In this document: one piece after another, positions 17,513 to 24,518 of the stretch
Position numbering within the stretch: the stretch's first letter is position 1
Layout of the letters: each line of letters begins with the position of its first letter
NCBI GenBank assembly: GCA_046757165.1
Contig: JBHHXT010000059.1
Span: 1 to 24,518 of the forward strand
DNA: 24,518 nucleotides
Origin: a bacterium
Lineage (GTDB): Bacteria; Zhuqueibacterota; Zhuqueibacteria; Oceanimicrobiales; Oceanimicrobiaceae
Direction of reading: 5' to 3'
Position numbers and translations under genes: made by a program
Notes under the pieces: generated by a model
Told to the model about the DNA's origin: nothing
Seen by the model: the letters and a program-made list of their open reading frames with translations, nothing else
The model's database searches: none

Positions 17513-20500
17513 CTAATCAAATTCAATTTGACCCAGCAATTCCCGCAATGCGGCTGCGAGCACGCGGGGGGAGCTTTTGCTTCCCAGCTTTTTGAGCTGG
17601 GGTTCCAGTTTTTTCCGCAATACATTTTTTTGCTTCATTTCAATAGCGGTCAACTCCGGGCCGCTATCCCCATAGTTATGCCAGGTTTGGCGGAACAGCT
17701 CGCCCATACCCTCCGCAAGGCCCTCAAAGCTCTGGATATCCATATCAGTCCACTCCTCGAAGGGGCGATTGGCAATCAGTGACAATGCGGGACGTGCATT
17801 GTCGCCATCAGCGATTCCATTGTTCACGCAATTAAGGAAGGGGGTCAGCACCTCGTGCTTAATACGCGGAGCAAGCCAGGTAGCCCTTCGCTCCAGCTCA
17901 TGCCATCCGTTCATATTTCTCGAAAGTCCACATTTCCCCAGCAATAGATTCCTGTTTTTCTGAAGGAGCTTCTGTGCATGGTTACGTAGCGTGGACAAGC
18001 TATTATTCAGATGCTCAAAGAAACAATCCATATCTTTTGTACGCTTCTCCCCCTGCATGAATGGGTCCAACCCAAAACAACGCGGAAGGTCGATAAATAG
18101 CAATTCCTCCGGAGAGGCGGCCTGCAGCAAGCAGTCCCTCATTTCCACTACAGCAGTATTCTTGATCTGTGTCGTTTTTAATGTAACGGGAGGGATGTTG
18201 TTCAATACGCGATATAAAGCTCGCACCACAGATGCTGTTTTAGCCGGTTGTTTAAAGCCTTTTGCCAGTCGTTCAACTACTGCCTTTCGTGTGCCATCCA
18301 ACCGTGCCCCCGAGACCGAAAATAGATCAGGTCGTCGTTGCAACAACTCAAGGTGAGCTGCCTGGATATCGGGAACAAAGGTGTTTTCGCGGTACAGGAA
18401 CAAATCATCCTGATAAAGCAGGTAAAAGGCCGTAAACAAAATAGGGTGAACACCATCGGGAAGGCCGTAAGGCACTTCCGCCAGTTTTCCAAACAAATCC
18501 ACTAGTTCCACCCGCTGGATCTGGTCTGAAAAAACCATTTGATCCATCAAGTCCCAGCAGAACCGCAAGTTACGATCATTGGATTTCGGTGGCGCTCGGA
18601 ATCTCCACTTTCCTGAATCAGAGTCGTAGTAGTGTATTCCTGTAGCAAGTAAAACCGATTCATAGACGCTACGCTCCGGGGGATATCCTTCAATCCCTAA
18701 GCATTCCTCCGTGCACCGGTCAAGCATTCGCTCCAGTAAACAGCGGCGGGCCGACGAAGCCGCTCCTGATATTTTTTTTCGTACAACCAATTCGTTCCGG
18801 ACATACGGACTTTTGCTGTAAATCTGATCGCAGACAGAAGAAAGCAGCCGGGCCACATCCACAGGCCTCTGAGGACGCTGATCGGCTCCATTCCAGATCC
18901 ACTGGCATGAATTACCAACAGGCGCAGATCGGGGATCAAGCAAGGTCTGTAAGAGCTGGGCAATATGCTGTTCCCCCATGACAAGCCGAAGACTCAGCTC
19001 ACGACGTGCAATTCTGTCATCCCGCAATTCTTCGGTATTCTCTTCAACCCAGCGAAGGCAGGCCACCTCCTCCACCACACCGCGCAACGCATCAATTTGC
19101 CGGGGTAATGCCACAATCAGCCGTTGCCGCCCCTTTGTCTTTTTCTTTGCTTCCGCTTCAAGCGCTTTTGAGCTTGTTTGTGGCAACAATATCAGAATGG
19201 TGCCCGCCGCATCTTCGGGACTCTCCGCGCCTTCCAGCACGTTCGCTCTCAAATTCTCCACATAGATCAGGTTGAAGTAGCGATGCACACCGGTTTTTAA
19301 GCTATGGCGCCGAGCAACAAGAGTCCGTTTGGGCAGATGATGGCACAATGCCTCCAAAGGAGAGGTACCCTCCATCTGGAGTTTCCGCCGCCCTTCGTTT
19401 ATCCGAGCCTCTATATCGACATCGCTCCCTTCCCAGACCCGATACGACCCATCCAATCGGCGATAGATCAAAACAGACTGCTGCCTCAAGATTTCAAGTT
19501 CTTGCTCAACCGTAGCAAAATTAGAAGTCGCGCAAGCAAGGGTCTGTGACGTAGCTCGCAATGGACATATTTCCGACAGCACATTCAGCAATGCAACAGA
19601 CTGAACCAACTCAAATTGAAATGGTGTGAGATGCTGCCTGCTGTTGATTATATCGTTCGCCTCCAGCAAGCGCTTTGCATGCGGCAATCGAGCTAGCCCA
19701 GCCTCGAAGTTGGCCAGCAAATAGGCGTATATGTGGTGCAGTCGAATAAAGTTATCACCCTCGCACAGGAAGTGATCAAGGTAATCTTGCAAGCCGAAAG
19801 GTTCATAACTGGTTAGGTACGAGAAGATTGACCGCTCATTCTGAGCCAACCGTCTGAACAAGTGCGGCATGGCCAACAAGACGCTGGGGTGTAGTGGCCA
19901 CGCATTACGCGCCATTTCCTTGAACTCGGAAATTTCAACCCCCAGGGGCAACGGCATTGCACCGTTTTGTATTTGGGTCACCGATTCATCTATTGCATCG
20001 GAAACAGATAGAGGAAGCGGGGCGGAAGGTTGAAGGGCGGATGCCACCATCTGCATGGTGGTTGCCGCCGACTCGCTAAACTGAATCGGCTGGAAACGCT
20101 CCTGAACCTTGTTCCATTCATTTCTAAGCGTTCGGTCAGAAAGTTCGACATAATCATCGAACATTTGGTGCAGGGTGATCAAAAAAAGCAACGGCGTTTC
20201 CGATTGCCGGTTGGCATATTCCGCCAGTTCCTGAAAAATATAGACATCCCCGCCACTCCGATCCTGAAGGGCATACTCCAATGTTTTCCCTGCTTCGTCG
20301 ACAAGAAGAAGAATACCAGCAAAACTCTGTTTCCCTGCTTCCTTCGTGAGTGCCGATAAAAACTTCAGGATGGTAGCCGTGTCCCGCCACGCATTGTCTT
20401 TAAGCGCAACCTCCATCCTCAGGCATAACTCCCGAACAGACTTCAACTGCTTCAGTTCCGACAAGGTAACGAGCATGCCTTCAAGAAGCAGCTGAGCGAC

Positions 20501-20887
20501 AGGCCGACGCCTTGCTGTTACAGGGATAGGGAGGAACCCTTCTCTCTTTCCTGGTGATTTACGAACGTTTTTCAGTTGAGACTTCAAATTTGACGGCAAC
20601 AGTTTGGCCGTCTGAGCGGCCTGCTTCGAGTCCTTACTGAGAAGCTGGCACAAGAAAACGGCAAACGCCGATTTTCCGGTGCCATATGGACCGGTCAAGG
20701 CAAATGCACGCTGTCCATTTTTTAATAGCAGCCCCTGGATTAGCCGTTCCAATGAGTTGGCTACATTAGGAGTTAAAATGTAGCCGGAAGAGTGGTTCAA
20801 ATCGTGCCAGTCGTTATGAAGGTTAATAGATCGCTGAAAACGGGGAGCAACACCGGTATAGTGTGACCTTTTCAATGCCTTTGCCAT
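17513..20887 (-). CDS. sspC: SspC-like P-loop ATPase (1124 aa)
   Basis: RFQRSINL, Walker A LTGPYGTGKS, Walker B LLLVDEAGK, ITLHQ, WNKVQERF, WPLHP and AQNERSIFSYL. TAATG coupling to the DUF4007 gene. Confidence 0.82.
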   Translation of the reverse strand: MAKALKRSHYTGVAPRFQRSINLHNDWHDLNHSSGYILTPNVANSLERLIQGLLLKNGQRAFALTGPYGTGKSAFAVFLCQLLSKDSKQAAQTAKLLPSNLKSQLKNVRKSPGKREGFLPIPVTARRRPVAQLLLEGMLVTLSELKQLKSVRELCLRMEVALKDNAWRDTATILKFLSALTKEAGKQSFAGILLLVDEAGKTLEYALQDRSGGDVYIFQELAEYANRQSETPLLFLITLHQMFDDYVELSDRTLRNEWNKVQERFQPIQFSESAATTMQMVASALQPSAPLPLSVSDAIDESVTQIQNGAMPLPLGVEISEFKEMARNAWPLHPSVLLAMPHLFRRLAQNERSIFSYLTSYEPFGLQDYLDHFLCEGDNFIRLHHIYAYLLANFEAGLARLPHAKRLLEANDIINSRQHLTPFQFELVQSVALLNVLSEICPLRATSQTLACATSNFATVEQELEILRQQSVLIYRRLDGSYRVWEGSDVDIEARINEGRRKLQMEGTSPLEALCHHLPKRTLVARRHSLKTGVHRYFNLIYVENLRANVLEGAESPEDAAGTILILLPQTSSKALEAEAKKKTKGRQRLIVALPRQIDALRGVVEEVACLRWVEENTEELRDDRIARRELSLRLVMGEQHIAQLLQTLLDPRSAPVGNSCQWIWNGADQRPQRPVDVARLLSSVCDQIYSKSPYVRNELVVRKKISGAASSARRCLLERMLDRCTEECLGIEGYPPERSVYESVLLATGIHYYDSDSGKWRFRAPPKSNDRNLRFCWDLMDQMVFSDQIQRVELVDLFGKLAEVPYGLPDGVHPILFTAFYLLYQDDLFLYRENTFVPDIQAAHLELLQRRPDLFSVSGARLDGTRKAVVERLAKGFKQPAKTASVVRALYRVLNNIPPVTLKTTQIKNTAVVEMRDCLLQAASPEELLFIDLPRCFGLDPFMQGEKRTKDMDCFFEHLNNSLSTLRNHAQKLLQKNRNLLLGKCGLSRNMNGWHELERRATWLAPRIKHEVLTPFLNCVNNGIADGDNARPALSLIANRPFEEWTDMDIQSFEGLAEGMGELFRQTWHNYGDSGPELTAIEMKQKNVLRKKLEPQLKKLGSKSSPRVLAAALRELLGQIEFD

Positions 20888-21783
20888 TAGGCACCCCCCC
20901 GACGATAATAGTCGTCCAACAGCTGATCTGCATCTTCCAAGCTAATATTACAGTGTATCTGTGCTATTCCAGCGGACTCCGTAAAGTTAAATTGAGTTCC
21001 CCACTTCGGGCTCTCATGGAGTTCCTGAACAGCCTCAACCAATGTATTTTCGTCAAGCATAAAAACCTGTCCAGGACTATACTCTTTGTACAGCACTCGC
21101 TGAATTGTCATCGCACTCTTTTTTTCTTTGCCGAGATATTCACATATTGCATAACCGATGACTTCGGGGGGCAAAGAAGTCTTTCTGCCAATTGAAAACC
21201 TGAACATCCCTCCATCGTTCATTGGTTGAATAAGATTCAGCTCTTGCAACGGGCATTCGAAAGACTCTTCCCCAGCCTTTTTCTTTTCAAAACGCCGGGT
21301 ACCGCAATAGGACCGGATATAGCAATCAACATCCCGCATGATAATGTTGTCGGACGGGGCTTTCTTCCCCGCATCGACCAAACGCAGAGCGGCCTCAGCA
21401 ACATCCCGCTTTGAAAACTCGGGTTTTCGCAGATAAGAAAAAAGTGCTGTTCCGGCAGTTTGAAAAACGGGATTAGTAACAAGCTTCCAATGCAAAAGCC
21501 ACCAAGACGCATTATCCTCTAAGTATGGATCCCAGCCGTTTTTCTCATCAAGCAGTTTCCGTCCAAAACTTGATACCGTTCTATCCTCAAGAATACCGGT
21601 CATTCCACACCAATATTTGATACTGTCGACCATGTTTTTACCAACTCCAAGATCCACAATGGCATTGCTATCAGAGAAATGTTTTTTTCCATTAATAAAT
21701 TCAAATCCCTTTTCCAACCATCCAAACCTCAAAACAAAGGTCTGGTGTCCAGAAAATTTGCATCTTTTTTTAAAGTTTTTCAT
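20887..21783 (-). CDS. sspB: DUF4007 family protein (SspB-like, 298 aa)
   Basis: Typical DUF4007 motifs FSGHQTFVLRFGWLEKG, LGVGKNMVDSIKYW, DPYLED...WLLHWKL and FECPLQELNLI. Confidence 0.88.
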   Translation of the reverse strand: MKNFKKRCKFSGHQTFVLRFGWLEKGFEFINGKKHFSDSNAIVDLGVGKNMVDSIKYWCGMTGILEDRTVSSFGRKLLDEKNGWDPYLEDNASWWLLHWKLVTNPVFQTAGTALFSYLRKPEFSKRDVAEAALRLVDAGKKAPSDNIIMRDVDCYIRSYCGTRRFEKKKAGEESFECPLQELNLIQPMNDGGMFRFSIGRKTSLPPEVIGYAICEYLGKEKKSAMTIQRVLYKEYSPGQVFMLDENTLVEAVQELHESPKWGTQFNFTESAGIAQIHCNISLEDADQLLDDYYRRGGA

Positions 21784-21986
21784 TTGTTAGTTGTCCGATT
21801 GTTCGATACACTTGCGCCACCAGCCTTCACCCACTCGTCCACCTCTGAAAGCTTGAATCGAAAAAGCCTCCCAAGGCGATGGGCCGGCAAACCCATCTTC
21901 TCTATCCAACGATATACAGAGTCTTTATTCACGTCCAGATGCGCAGCCACATCTTCGACGCCGACCCATCGTTCTTCATTTGCCAT
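21780..21986 (-). CDS. Excisionase-like helix-turn-helix DNA-binding protein (HTH_17/MerR-like, 68 aa)
   Basis: ERWVGVEDVAAHLDVNKDSVYRWIEKMGLPAHRLGRLFRFKLSEVDEWV is a typical Xis-family HTH. ATG 21986 follows GAGGA. Its stop overlaps the next start (ATGA). Confidence 0.9.
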   Translation of the reverse strand: MANEERWVGVEDVAAHLDVNKDSVYRWIEKMGLPAHRLGRLFRFKLSEVDEWVKAGGASVSNNRTTNK

Positions 21987-22041
21987 TTCGTTCCTCTTCA
22001 CCAGTTGTCGGTCAAATACCTATGAGCACCAATGAAAACAG

Positions 22042-22075
22042 ATTATAATATATATGAACTGGCCAATGCCGTCAA
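22042..22075 (-). promoter_or_regulatory. Putative sigma70 promoter of the defence operon
   Basis: Minus strand TTGACG (22075-22070), 17 bp, TATATT (22052-22047), with an overlapping perfect TATAAT (22047-22042). About 60 bp upstream of the HTH start. Confidence 0.65.
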
Positions 22076-22135
22076 GGACAAAACCAAACAACTTCTTTCT
22101 GTCGACTTGTTGGGAAAAGCAGTGACCTCGATGAG

Positions 22136-22582
22136 TTACTCTGGCCACGTCCCGTGCGGGAGAAGTCTCCGCGCCCAGTGCTTTTGGACACCAACAAACA
22201 CCCACGCCGGGATGATCTGCCCTGAGATACATACCGGAACGAGGACACGTTTGTAGAGACTTGAACCGCCAGGAAGGAATCCCTCCAAACGGTCTATGGC
22301 GGGAAGGCGGGTCTCTGGATCGTCGAAGGTGAGAAGCTCCCCGTATACGAGGCCACAGTCGCCCGCTGTGGCGTTTTCCGGTACCGGCTCAAGGATATAT
22401 GGATATGGTTGCCAAGTCCTCCAAAGCGCGCCTGTGCCTGCCTGTGCGTGTCTACACGCAAACAGGTGGCCGCGGACGACCATCTCTTTCAAGAGGATGA
22501 GACGGCGGAACCGCTTGTGGTTTTAGTAGCCTCGCTTGGATGTCGTAGAAAAAGGTTTTTTTTCTTTGGCTTGCACATTCAT
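22136..22582 (-). pseudogene. Degraded gamma-glutamylcyclotransferase (GGCT/AIG2-like) gene
   Basis: The C-terminal part has VYGELLTFDDPETRLPAIDRLEG...LYKRVLV...AWVF. In frame from ATG 22582 it reads ...FSTTSKRGY*NHKRF..., an eroded form of the family motif FVYGTLKRGxxNH, with TAA at 22525-22523. Confidence 0.75.
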
Positions 22583-22669
22583 TTCTGTTCTGACACCTAA
22601 AAGGTGGGGATTACTTCGAACAACCATTTAACATGACTTTAGCTCCTGTGCTAAAGAGCAGCCAACCCT

Positions 22670-22698
22670 TTGACATATTGGCGGCTCTTTGTTATATT
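22670..22698 (+). promoter_or_regulatory. Strong sigma70 promoter
   Basis: TTGACA (22670-22675), 17 bp, TATATT (22693-22698), with an extended -10 TG at 22690-22691. Confidence 0.75.
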
Positions 22699-22769
22699 TC
22701 GAATTGCGAATAACTCTAGCAGGGCCGTTCCTGCCTATACGGACAAGGACGGTCGAGGCGGACGCATGC

Positions 22770-22849
22770 GCGCCCGCAGATGCCTTGTGCCGCGAGGTAC
22801 AGGGACGGTCTCTGCTAGAGCCGTTCGCACATCTGCGGGCGCTTTTTTT
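22770..22849 (+). ncRNA. Structured RNA resembling C4 (P1/P7) or CI (P4) antisense RNA: three-way junction ending in a U-tract
   Basis: A perfect 13-bp closing stem (GCGCCCGCAGATG 22770-22782 / CATCTGCGGGCGC 22830-22842) encloses hairpin CCTTGTGCC-GCGA-GGTACAGGG (GNRA loop, G-U pairs) and hairpin ACGGTCTCT-GCT-AGAGCCGT. T7 follows. Segment 22800-22820 is complementary to upstream 22714-22733. Confidence 0.6.
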
Positions 22850-22889
22850 ATGCCCTGAAGATGCGAAAACCTATCTGCAGGAGGTCTTC

Positions 22890-23147
22890 ATGCGTAACAT
22901 AAGCGGCTTGCGTCATGGCAGCGAAGGTATCGGCGATTGTTTCGAGACAATTAATGATGCCAAGAGGAGGGTTATGCCTCTCCTTGTTCTCATGAGCAGT
23001 ATGGCGGAACTCAACCCCACCCTCGGCGCGGTCTTTACAAACGAGGATCTCGGGGACATCGGGATGTTCCTTAGAGATGAATTTGGCGAAGTATTCAAGG
23101 CCGTCGAAAGAATAGACGCCATTTGCAGGCGGAATTTTATCAAGTGA
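22890..23147 (+). CDS. Hypothetical protein (85 aa) downstream of the structured leader
   Basis: GGAGG at 22880-22884 precedes ATG 22890. The product MRNISGL...RRNFIK looks helical and has no recognisable motif. Confidence 0.6.
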   Translation: MRNISGLRHGSEGIGDCFETINDAKRRVMPLLVLMSSMAELNPTLGAVFTNEDLGDIGMFLRDEFGEVFKAVERIDAICRRNFIK

Positions 23148-23386
23148 AACAACGGGTAAGAAAGTGAGCCCTTCGATAGGCAAGAACTATTCTAAATCGC
23201 CTTCTAACAGCCTGCCTCTTCCTTAAAATCCACGGATAATCTGTAACTTGTGAACTCCAACGGGTGCAGAACGCCTTAAGGAGTAACTTTTGCCCTGTAT
23301 ATTGCGGGGTGGCACAATAAAATACCATGGAGCGCAGGCAGGGTAATATAAATATATAACCTTTTTTCAGTAGGCATACGAACATG

Positions 23387-23415
23387 GCCGCGGGGATTTC
23401 CTTGCGGCTTTTTTT
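23387..23415 (+). terminator. Rho-independent terminator-like hairpin
   Basis: Stem-loop GCCGCGGGG-ATTT-CCTTGCGGC followed by T7. Confidence 0.7.
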
Positions 23416-23437
23416 ATTTCAAGGGAAGGAGGAGTAG

Positions 23438-23782
23438 ATGACCGGAGAGATGTACGCCATAACGCAGGATGGTGTTTCCGACGTCGGCGAGAGATGGCCC
23501 CTTCATGCCGCGGTAGCCCGGGCAACAGGAGGGACGTTAAAGCCCTTTGACCGTTACCAGGGGCCGTACATAGTTATGGGCGAGGACGTTAGGGCCGGGA
23601 CTCCACCTTATGACGCCCCTGTTCTGCTGGTGGGGGTTAAAAGGCTCTGGATACTTGAGGACAGGTACGGCAAAGCGACGATATACCGCGAGGACACCGA
23701 TGAAACTTCTGAGCCCTTTGAGTGGGACGATGAAATAACGGCCGTGAGCCTCGCAAAGAAGATACTGGAGGAAAAAAGATGA
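23438..23782 (+). CDS. Hypothetical protein (114 aa)
   Basis: Strong RBS AAGGAGGAG before ATG 23438. The stop overlaps the next ATG (ATGA). No motif recognised. Confidence 0.75.
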   Translation: MTGEMYAITQDGVSDVGERWPLHAAVARATGGTLKPFDRYQGPYIVMGEDVRAGTPPYDAPVLLVGVKRLWILEDRYGKATIYREDTDETSEPFEWDDEITAVSLAKKILEEKR

Positions 23783-24518
23783 AGATATTGCATACAGGGG
23801 ATATTCATTTTAAAGGTGACCTTCTGGAAGAGATCGCTAAATGCACTAACCATCTCCTGAAGACGGTGAAGGAGGCCTCTCCGGATGTGGTCGTGCTTGC
23901 AGGAGACCTTTTTGATGAGAGACAGACTTATGATTCTCAGACCTTTCTGGCGGCCATGGACTTTGTTCGCAGGCTTTCCGGCCATTCACCTGTACTCATC
24001 GTAAAGGGAACGCCTTCGCACGACGGCCACACCCTTGAGTTTCTGAGAAGCGAAAGGGTGTATGTGTCTGAAAGTCCGGAACAGGTCGTTTTGACGAAAG
24101 ATAGGACATTAGAGTCCTATGCCGGAGGCCCTCTATCGAGAGCGAAGGCGCTATTTTCATGTCTTCCCTCGGTGTCCAAGGCCGGTGTGTTGTCCGTCAT
24201 GGGAGGAGACCTCAACGGTTCGAATTTCAACACCGTGGAGTTGATGAGGGACGTTCTGGCCGGCTGGGGAGAGTCCAATGCAACCATAAAAGCGTCAGGC
24301 GTCCCGGTTATCCTGGTCGGTCACTTGAGCGTAATGGGTGCTACTCTTTCGACTGGTCAACAGATGGTAGGAAGGGAAGTCGAGCTCGGAGTTGGAGACC
24401 TGAGGATGGCCAGGGCGGACCTTGTCTGCCTGGGACATATCCACAAGGCGCAGAACTGGTCGGAGGTCTTTTACTGCGGGTCTCTTACCCGCCTGAACTT
24501 CGGCGAGGAAGAGGAGAA
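23779..24518 (+). CDS. SbcD/Mre11-like calcineurin-family metallophosphoesterase (nuclease); runs off the window end
   Basis: Translated by hand because it is absent from the ORF track: MKILHTGDIH, VVVLAGDLFD, IVKGTPSHDG, ILVGH, CLGHIHKAQ, YCGSLTRLNFGE. RBS GGAGG; open to the last base. Confidence 0.88.
   Translation, partial: MKILHTGDIHFKGDLLEEIAKCTNHLLKTVKEASPDVVVLAGDLFDERQTYDSQTFLAAMDFVRRLSGHSPVLIVKGTPSHDGHTLEFLRSERVYVSESPEQVVLTKDRTLESYAGGPLSRAKALFSCLPSVSKAGVLSVMGGDLNGSNFNTVELMRDVLAGWGESNATIKASGVPVILVGHLSVMGATLSTGQQMVGREVELGVGDLRMARADLVCLGHIHKAQNWSEVFYCGSLTRLNFGEEEE

Noticed and set aside
996..21783. BREX (type 4) assignment, given DUF4007, BrxC-like ATPase and PAPS-reductase genes
   Set aside because: No PglZ phosphatase, BrxL Lon-like protease or PglX methyltransferase motifs were seen. 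The desulfurase plus F-G-H triplet fits an Ssp-type PT locus better.
15476..21783. Classical DndABCDE modification cluster
   Set aside because: No DndB (DGQHR), SMC-like DndD or small DndE gene is recognisable. DUF4007 plus a large ATPase is the Ssp layout.
1447..22035. Many short plus-strand and alternate-frame ORFs in the ORF track
   Set aside because: They overlap long motif-bearing minus-strand genes and have no recognisable motifs, so they were treated as shadow ORFs.
22689..22889. 152-aa version of the ORF starting at TTG 22689
   Set aside because: That start lies inside the promoter and the extension runs through the structured RNA. ATG 22890 has a good GGAGG RBS.
1..24518. CRISPR array, IS transposase or integrase
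   Set aside because: No regularly spaced direct repeats and no DDE, tyrosine- or serine-recombinase motifs were seen by eye.

Overview
Most of the window (about 1.0-22.1 kb, minus strand) is one tightly coupled 10-gene defence operon. It contains an excisionase-like HTH gene; an Ssp-type DNA phosphorothioation (PT) module (DUF4007/SspB-like, SspC-like P-loop ATPase, PAPS-reductase-family SspD-like, cysteine desulfurase SspA-like); a DndFGH/SspFGH-like restriction module; and a second, divergent DUF4007-like plus SspC-like ATPase pair. Two features do not fit the Ssp or Dnd architectures I know. First, the F subunit has an extra low-GC N-terminal domain with the motifs of the ScoMcrA-type sulfur-binding domain (SBD, a PT-DNA reader) but no HNH nuclease. 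Second, the extra B/C-like pair is translationally coupled behind the H subunit. On the left is a non-coding junction-like region with a long dyad around an IHF consensus and a tmRNA/tRNA T-arm-like fragment. On the right are a decayed gamma-glutamylcyclotransferase gene, a strong promoter driving a C4/CI-like structured RNA with its own upstream complementary site, two hypothetical genes and the start of an SbcD-like metallophosphoesterase. All family assignments come from motifs read by eye; no database search was run.
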